From: an uncultured Chloroflexia bacterium | Lineage (GTDB): Bacteria > Chloroflexota > Limnocylindria > Limnocylindrales > CSP1-4 | Assembly: GCA_963814125.1 (NCBI GenBank) | Contig: CAWFBR010000007.1 | Location: forward strand, 18,506 to 82,505 | DNA: 64,000 nucleotides | Reading direction: 5' to 3' | Shown here: positions 58,719-64,000 of the stretch, in pieces | Layout: each line of letters begins with the position of its first letter | How positions within the stretch are numbered: the stretch's first letter is position 1 | The notes under the pieces: model-generated | The model's input: the letters and a program-made list of their open reading frames with translations, nothing else | Told to the model about the DNA's origin: nothing | Database searches by the model: none | Position numbers and translations under genes: made by a program

Positions 58719-59491
58719 CCACTCTCGCCCAGACCGCCTATGTCACCGGTCGTCACATGCGGTTCTTCTTCCGCACGCCCTGGCTGATCGGTATGTCGCT
58801 GACTCAGCCGGTGATCTGGCTGCTGCTCTTCGGGGCGTTGTTCAAGAGCGTCGCCGACATCCCGGGATTCGCCGGCGCCGGCAACTACTTGACCTACCTC
58901 ATGCCGGGCGTCCTGATCATGACCGCCATGTTCGGCTGTGGCTGGAGTGGCATGCAGATCGTCCAGGATCTCGATCGCTCGATCATGGATCGCCTCCTGA
59001 CGACGCCGATCCACCGTACCGCGATCATCGTCGGGCTCAACCTATATGAGATCTTCTCGTTGCTGGTCGAGGCCGTGATCATCGGCGGCATGGCGCTGCT
59101 GCTCGGGGCGCAATTCGACGGCGGCATCCTCGGCTTTGCCGTGCTGACACTGTGCGCTGTGCTGATCGGCGCGATTGCCGCGGCGCTTTCCGACGCGATG
59201 GCTCTTACCGTCCGCCAGGGCGAGTCGGTCATCGGCATCAACACCCTGACGACGCTGCCGCTGACCTTTCTCTCGGCGGCGTTCATGCCGCTCAACCTCG
59301 CGCCCGACTGGATCGCCACGGTGGCGAAGCTCAATCCGGTGAACTGGGCAGTGGAAGCCGGCCGGGCGGCGATGACGACGAGTCCTGACTGGTCGGCGAT
59401 CCTGCCGCGCCTGGCCGGACTGCTGGTGCTCACGGTTCTCACCACGGCGCTGGCGACCCGGACGTTCAGCTCGTATCAGCGGTCTTTGTAG
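58715..59491 (+). CDS. DrrB-like ABC-2 permease
   Basis: QPVIWLLLFG, PLTFLS.AFMP, APDWI..VAKLNP. Confidence 0.92.
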   Translation: MTTLAQTAYVTGRHMRFFFRTPWLIGMSLTQPVIWLLLFGALFKSVADIPGFAGAGNYLTYLMPGVLIMTAMFGCGWSGMQIVQDLDRSIMDRLLTTPIHRTAIIVGLNLYEIFSLLVEAVIIGGMALLLGAQFDGGILGFAVLTLCAVLIGAIAAALSDAMALTVRQGESVIGINTLTTLPLTFLSAAFMPLNLAPDWIATVAKLNPVNWAVEAGRAAMTTSPDWSAILPRLAGLLVLTVLTTALATRTFSSYQRSL

Positions 59492-59651
59492 CTGGATCAC
59501 CGCGAAGTGGCCGCCACGCTCGAAATCGGCCCAGTGAACGGTTGCTCGCGATCCCGATCGGAGCCGGCGACGATCTTGAAGCCCATGTTGAGCTAAGCGT
59601 CGAGGTAGCCAGGCTCAGCTGCGACGATACTGGCGGCATGTCACGAATCAG

Positions 59652-59861
59652 CGCCATCCAGGCTACCTTGGATCTCTGCTCACCTGGACTGGATTCGGCC
59701 TCACCTCTGGCAGCCTGCTGGTCGTCGTGACTGTCAGTGGCCCGCTCGGTCGCGCCTATCGGCACCGCATCGCCGCCGAGGAAGACCTGCTCCGACGTGA
59801 TTTGCCCGGCCACGTCGAATACAGCCGACGCACGAAGAAGTTGATCCCGTTCATCTGGTAG
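59652..59861 (+). pseudogene. C-terminal fragment of an isoprenylcysteine carboxyl methyltransferase (ICMT/PEMT) family gene
   Basis: My translation: RHPGYLGSLLTWTGFGL...RIAAEEDLLRRDLPGHVEYSRRTKKLIPFIW*; no N-terminal part; not in the ORF track. Confidence 0.75.
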
Positions 59862-59969
59862 TCCTGCCATAAGGCCGGGGCGACAGCTGCCGCAGGGTCA
59901 GCCGATGCCAGCAGAAACAGGGGACAGCGAGCGTGAAATCGACGACGGGGTAGGCGGAACCTACCCGGC

Positions 59970-60000
59970 TGGTCGGGGCGAGAGGATTAGGGCCGACACT
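59970..60000 (-). repeat. att-like remnant matching a tRNA-Pro 3' end (copy 1)
   Basis: Reverse complement of 59970-59988 is AATCCTCTCGCCCCGACCA (T-arm 3' strand, acceptor stem, CCA). Confidence 0.65.
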
Positions 60001-60320
60001 CCGTCGCCATCTTTGCTGATCCTGGTCGAGAACATCCCGAACCATGTTGGTCGAGTCCGCGAGACGGCTTGAGGGTCGTGGGGGTCTACGACAGTTCCCC
60101 GCCTGGCCCACGTTGCGATCGTATTCGTCACGTACGAGCCGGTAGCACTCGCAGGCGCACGACTCCAGACTCTCGCCGTCGATGATCTCGGTCGCGGGTA
60201 GCCATCAGGACTCGTGTGGCGCGGCTCCGGCCGTCGTGGATCCATGTGGTAGCGGAATGTACGGTTCTCCTCTCTCGTCCCGGTGGCGTCAGCGATTGAC
60301 CTGACGAAGCGGGCCGCCGA

Positions 60321-61094
60321 CTACAGCTCCTGCGTGCGAAAGGCAAGCTGGGACGCCATTGCGAGGCCCATGACGGTCGCGACGGTCGCGGCGATGGGAC
60401 CGGCGACAAAGCCCGGATCGGCACCCACGGCAAGCGCCTGCGCCGGCGCCGCGAGCGAGCCTGGCATGTACGCGCCGACGACGGGCAGGTTGCCCAAGGT
60501 CGCGCTGATCGCGAAGGCGACGAACCCGATACCAGCCGCCGCGAGGGCCGATCGAGTGAGGGTGCTGCCGAGGAACGTGAAGGCGGCGAACGCGACCAGT
60601 GTCAGCCAGAGAAGGGCGGCCATGGCAACGAAGCCTGCGACGGGCAGCCACGTCCCGAAGAGCATCCCGATGTACAGGTAGCCCACCGACGCGCCGACGG
60701 CGACGGCGACGGCGAGATTGATCGCGATCGCCGCGAGCTTGGCGGCGAGGAACGCGCCGCGGGAGACGGGCTTGGAGAGCATCAGGGCGGCAGTGCCTCG
60801 CTCCTTCTCCGTGGCGACGGAACCCATCGCGAGCAGAATCGAAATCAGCAGGCCGAACTGGACGAAGTACCCGAGGAGCCGTTCGACGGCGTCCGCGGCG
60901 GTCGGAGTCCCGAGCGCGGCGACGATTGCGGCCGCCTCCGCGCCGCCGAACGCCTTCGCGATCTCCGGCATGTACCGGGCGGTGACGGGCGACAGGATGC
61001 CGAACGTGAGGAAGACGACGGCCACGACGGGAAGCCGGTAGGTGCGGAGCTGTTCGCGCAGCTCCTTGGCGAGCAGGATGCGGAAGCCGGGCAT
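60321..61094 (-). CDS. ABC transporter permease
   Basis: LLAKELRE, EKERGTAALMLSKPVSR..FLAAK; 6 TM. Confidence 0.9.
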   Translation of the reverse strand: MPGFRILLAKELREQLRTYRLPVVAVVFLTFGILSPVTARYMPEIAKAFGGAEAAAIVAALGTPTAADAVERLLGYFVQFGLLISILLAMGSVATEKERGTAALMLSKPVSRGAFLAAKLAAIAINLAVAVAVGASVGYLYIGMLFGTWLPVAGFVAMAALLWLTLVAFAAFTFLGSTLTRSALAAAGIGFVAFAISATLGNLPVVGAYMPGSLAAPAQALAVGADPGFVAGPIAATVATVMGLAMASQLAFRTQEL

Positions 61095-61110
61095 GAGAGG
61101 TTCCTTTCGT

Positions 61111-62385
61111 TCAGGCTGCAGAGGTGGTGGGCTGGGCAAGCGAGGCGCCTGAGGGGGCACGATCCGGCCTGGCGACGAGGAGCAGGAAGACGTCCTCGAG
61201 CGATGGGCGGGCACGCTCGAACCGCGCCAGCGAGACGCCCGTTCCGAGGGCGATCGGCAGGATCTCCGCCGCCGCCGCCTTGGGGTCGTGGACGAATACG
61301 CGGAGCGTCTCGCCCTCGAGGCGCACTTCCCGGGTCCAGGGCTGACGGCGGAGGGCGTCGGCAAGCCGGTCGGTCCCTCGAGACTGGTGCGCATCGGCTT
61401 CGAGCTCGAAGACCGGCTGCGCGTACCGTTCCAGCAGCTCCTCGATCGGCGACTCCGCGACGAGGCGGCCGTAGTTGAGGATGGCGACGCGGTCGCAGAC
61501 GCGCTCGACGTCGTTGAGGATGTGCGTACTCATGAAGACGGTTGCCGTCCCTCGGACACGCTCGATGATCTGGAGCACGTCGCGTCGCCCTTCCGGGTCG
61601 AGCGCGCTCACCGGCTCGTCGAGGAAGAGGACCTGCGGCCGGTTGATGAGCGCCTGGGCGATGCCGAGCCGCTGCCGCATGCCGCCCGAGAAGCCCGCGA
61701 TCCGGCGACCCGCCGCGTCCGAGAGGCCCGAGATCTCGAGGACTTCGCCGACCCGCGTCCGCAACTCGGGACCGTTCAGGTCGTAAGTCCGTCCGACGAG
61801 CTCGAGCAGCTCCTGCGTCTTCATCCAGCCGTAGAACTGCGGGCTCTGGTCGACGTAGCCGATTCGCCGCGCGAGCTCCGGGCCGGCGCCGATCCGAACG
61901 CCCGCGACCTCGGCCGTCCCTGAGGTGGGCTGCGCCAGCCCGGTGAGCAGCCGCAGGGTCGTGGTCTTGCCTGCGCCGTTCGGGCCGAGGAACCCGAAGA
62001 TGGAGCCAGTCGGGACCTCGAGGTCGAGATCTTCGAGCGCGGTGAGCCGTCCGTACCGCTTGGTGAGGTCGTGCGTGCTGATCGCGAGCCCGTCCGTGGC
62101 GGCGAGCCGCGGCCACCCCGCCAGGACCCCATCGATTGCCGCGGCATCTGTCTTCGAAACGCCACCCGTTTCGATGCCGCCGCCCTCGTCGCGCCCGGCG
62201 AGGAAGTACACGATCGGTCCGACCATCGAGGCGCAGAAGATGACGAGCGCCCAGACGACCTTGCTGTCGCCTTTGACTCGGCGGTCTTCCTGGAAGAGGT
62301 CGTATAGGCCGAAGAGCGCGAGCCCGTACTGGAGGATCAGCAGCGGGATCACGATCGGCAGGTACTGCGAGACATCGATGGACAT
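61111..62385 (-). CDS. ABC ATP-binding protein with fused N-terminal PLDc_N membrane hairpin
   Basis: N-terminal KVVWALVIF...VGPIVYFLAGR; GPNGAGKTT; FSGGMRQRLG; LDEP; STH. Confidence 0.9.
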   Translation of the reverse strand: MSIDVSQYLPIVIPLLILQYGLALFGLYDLFQEDRRVKGDSKVVWALVIFCASMVGPIVYFLAGRDEGGGIETGGVSKTDAAAIDGVLAGWPRLAATDGLAISTHDLTKRYGRLTALEDLDLEVPTGSIFGFLGPNGAGKTTTLRLLTGLAQPTSGTAEVAGVRIGAGPELARRIGYVDQSPQFYGWMKTQELLELVGRTYDLNGPELRTRVGEVLEISGLSDAAGRRIAGFSGGMRQRLGIAQALINRPQVLFLDEPVSALDPEGRRDVLQIIERVRGTATVFMSTHILNDVERVCDRVAILNYGRLVAESPIEELLERYAQPVFELEADAHQSRGTDRLADALRRQPWTREVRLEGETLRVFVHDPKAAAAEILPIALGTGVSLARFERARPSLEDVFLLLVARPDRAPSGASLAQPTTSAA

Positions 62386-62419
62386 TTCGGGCGTTCGCTC
62401 CCTTCCTCGAGTGATTGGC

Positions 62420-62522
62420 CGCACGCCGTTCGGCTGGCGAACACTGTGCGGTTGACGGGCGGAACCGTAGCACGTACACTGTGCGGCGTCAACACACTGT
62501 TCGGAAGAGACAACGGCGTTCG
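62420..62522. promoter_or_regulatory. Five 13-bp operator-like repeats plus promoter in the divergent tetR/ABC gap
   Basis: CGCACGCCGTTCG 62420, CGAACACTGTGCG 62438, CGTACACTGTGCG 62473, AACACACTGTTCG 62491, ACAACGGCGTTCG 62510; TTGACG 62452-17 bp-TACACT. Confidence 0.7.
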
Positions 62523-62546
62523 GGTGAACGAACGGGAGGTGACGGG

Positions 62547-63266
62547 ATGGCGCCGGAAGCGAAGGAGTCTGTAGAGCTGCCGTGGTGGCCGAAGCCGTCG
62601 AGCCGCTCGGCCGCGCGCGAGCCGCTGTCGAGGGACCAGATCGTCACCGCGGCGATCAAGCTCATCGACGCGGAGAATCTCGACGCCCTCTCGATGCGAC
62701 GACTCGGTCAGGAGCTCAACGCAGGCGCGACGTCGATGTACACGCACGTCCGCAGCAAGGACGAGCTGCTCGCGCTGGTGAACGACGTGATCGCCGGCGA
62801 GATCCTCGACCGCGTCTCTCTTGACGCCGGTGCTCCGTGGCGGGACCAGGCTGTCACGGTCGCGCGAGCGATCCGCGAAGTGTTGGTCACGGCCCATCCG
62901 CACGCCGCGCCGCTCTTCGCCGGCCGATCCAACGCGGGCCCCAACACGCTCGCGATCATCGAGGTGCTGCTCGGCGTGCTACGCAGCGCGGGGTTCGAGG
63001 GCAAGCGGCTGCTGCTGGCTTACGGCGCCGTCCTCAATCACGCGTACACCTATGCTGCGTCGGAGGCGGCGGCCGGGGCGGGCGGCGCCCATCGGGCGCG
63101 GGTGATGGCCGATGCGCTCGCGACGTCCTTGCCGCCGGATCGCTTTCCGAACCTCGTCGGCGTCGCGCGGTCTATGGCCGATCTCACCGCGGACGATCAG
63201 TTCGACTTCGGGCTCCAGCGGCTCCTCGACGGGCTCGAATCGCTCCTGGCCCGATCTCCCTCTTGA
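62547..63266 (+). CDS. TetR-family regulator with TetR_C domain
   Basis: LSRDQIV.AA, LSMRRLG.EL..GATSMYTHV..KDELL, FDFGLQRLLDGL; GGAGG RBS. Confidence 0.94.
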   Translation: MAPEAKESVELPWWPKPSSRSAAREPLSRDQIVTAAIKLIDAENLDALSMRRLGQELNAGATSMYTHVRSKDELLALVNDVIAGEILDRVSLDAGAPWRDQAVTVARAIREVLVTAHPHAAPLFAGRSNAGPNTLAIIEVLLGVLRSAGFEGKRLLLAYGAVLNHAYTYAASEAAAGAGGAHRARVMADALATSLPPDRFPNLVGVARSMADLTADDQFDFGLQRLLDGLESLLARSPS

Positions 63267-63577
63267 CTGAACGAAACGGGACGGCACGAGAACGACCAGC
63301 GGCCACTCGCTCGGCCTGCAGGGCCGGCCATGGTGAACCCAGCACTGGTGGACTTCCTCGATGGTGTCGCCGGGTGAGCTCACGAGGCCGAGGGCCGACG
63401 TTGTGATAGGTGTGACAAGCGTTGTCACAAACGTCGTCCCGACGCCGGAAAGGGACGTTCAGGTCGGTCGGTTCAGGATCAAACCCAAAAGGGCAGGGTA
63501 GAGCAGGTTCGCGAGAGGTTCGGAGAAGCCTGAATTCGAGCGTGAATCAGGCAACTCGGATGGGCTACCTACTCGAA

Positions 63578-63608
63578 TGGTCGGGGCGAGAGGAGTCACA
63601 CCGACACT
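63578..63608 (-). repeat. att-like remnant matching a tRNA-Pro 3' end (copy 2)
   Basis: TGGTCGGGGCGAGAGGA-N6-CCGACACT, same as 59970-60000. Confidence 0.65.
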
Positions 63609-64000
63609 GGCGACCTGAATGTCCCATTCCGGCTCGAATGCTTTCTCACGGGCAGGAAGCGGTGGCTCGAGGACGCCAGCTGACTTAGCAGTTCGTTCGC
63701 CGGCGAGGGTCGAATTGGCCACGGAAAGAGGCATTCCCCCGGGTCGCTTTGACGACCTAGACGCATTTCGGTAGGCGAAGTCGTCAAAGGCGACAGGATG
63801 CTGACGGGCTGGACACATCCGCACGTCCTTGCCGCCCGAGGCCTCGAGCGCGAGGTCGAGCGTCTCCCGGGGCGTCGTCCCGGTGTTCGTGCTCACCCAC
63901 AGCCCGAGGACGGCTACCGCGTGACCTCGGAAGTCGCCCCGAGCGCGCTGAACGTCCTGACCAGCCGAGTCGGGCGGAAGGATTGGACGGGAGGAATAGG

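Noticed and set aside
59970-59988. Intact tRNA gene
   Set aside because: Only the 3'-terminal 17-19 nt match; no D or anticodon arm.
63459-63896. ORF at the window end
   Set aside because: Only a short stretch (TPRETLDLALEASGGKDVR) resembles a DHFR-like fragment; the rest crosses the att-like repeat and is not protein-like.

Overview
High-GC bacterial chromosomal window. The protein style (Pro/Thr-linker secreted proteins, actinobacteria-like gene families) suggests a soil or freshwater Chloroflexota such as Limnocylindria, but this is inference only. 1-12.9 kb holds envelope and regulatory genes: a surface protein, a lipoprotein, uppP, a PadR/NifX cluster, an ECF sigma/anti-sigma pair, GntR and a PAS hybrid kinase. 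12.9-32.5 kb is one LacI-type sugar locus tied together by a repeated operator (TGGTAACGGTACCA-like). It contains (i) an operon of GDP-mannose 3',5'-epimerase-like SDR, fucokinase-like GHMP kinase, tandem HIGH-type nucleotidyltransferase and RbsD/FucU mutarotase, which mirrors the Leloir pathway but appears built for an L-sugar; (ii) GH127 plus MFS; and (iii) an ABC importer, GH65, L-fucose isomerase, RhaB-type kinase, RhaD-type aldolase and NUDIX. This locus is the best candidate for an undescribed system. 32.6-64 kb is a mosaic accessory region with four regulator/ABC-exporter modules, secreted repeat proteins, an apparently lower-GC gene pair, many gene fragments, and two direct repeats matching a tRNA-Pro 3' end (att-like scars). 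No rRNA, intact tRNA, CRISPR array or intact integrase/transposase was seen. Two genes carry single-base homopolymer frameshifts that may be assembly errors.
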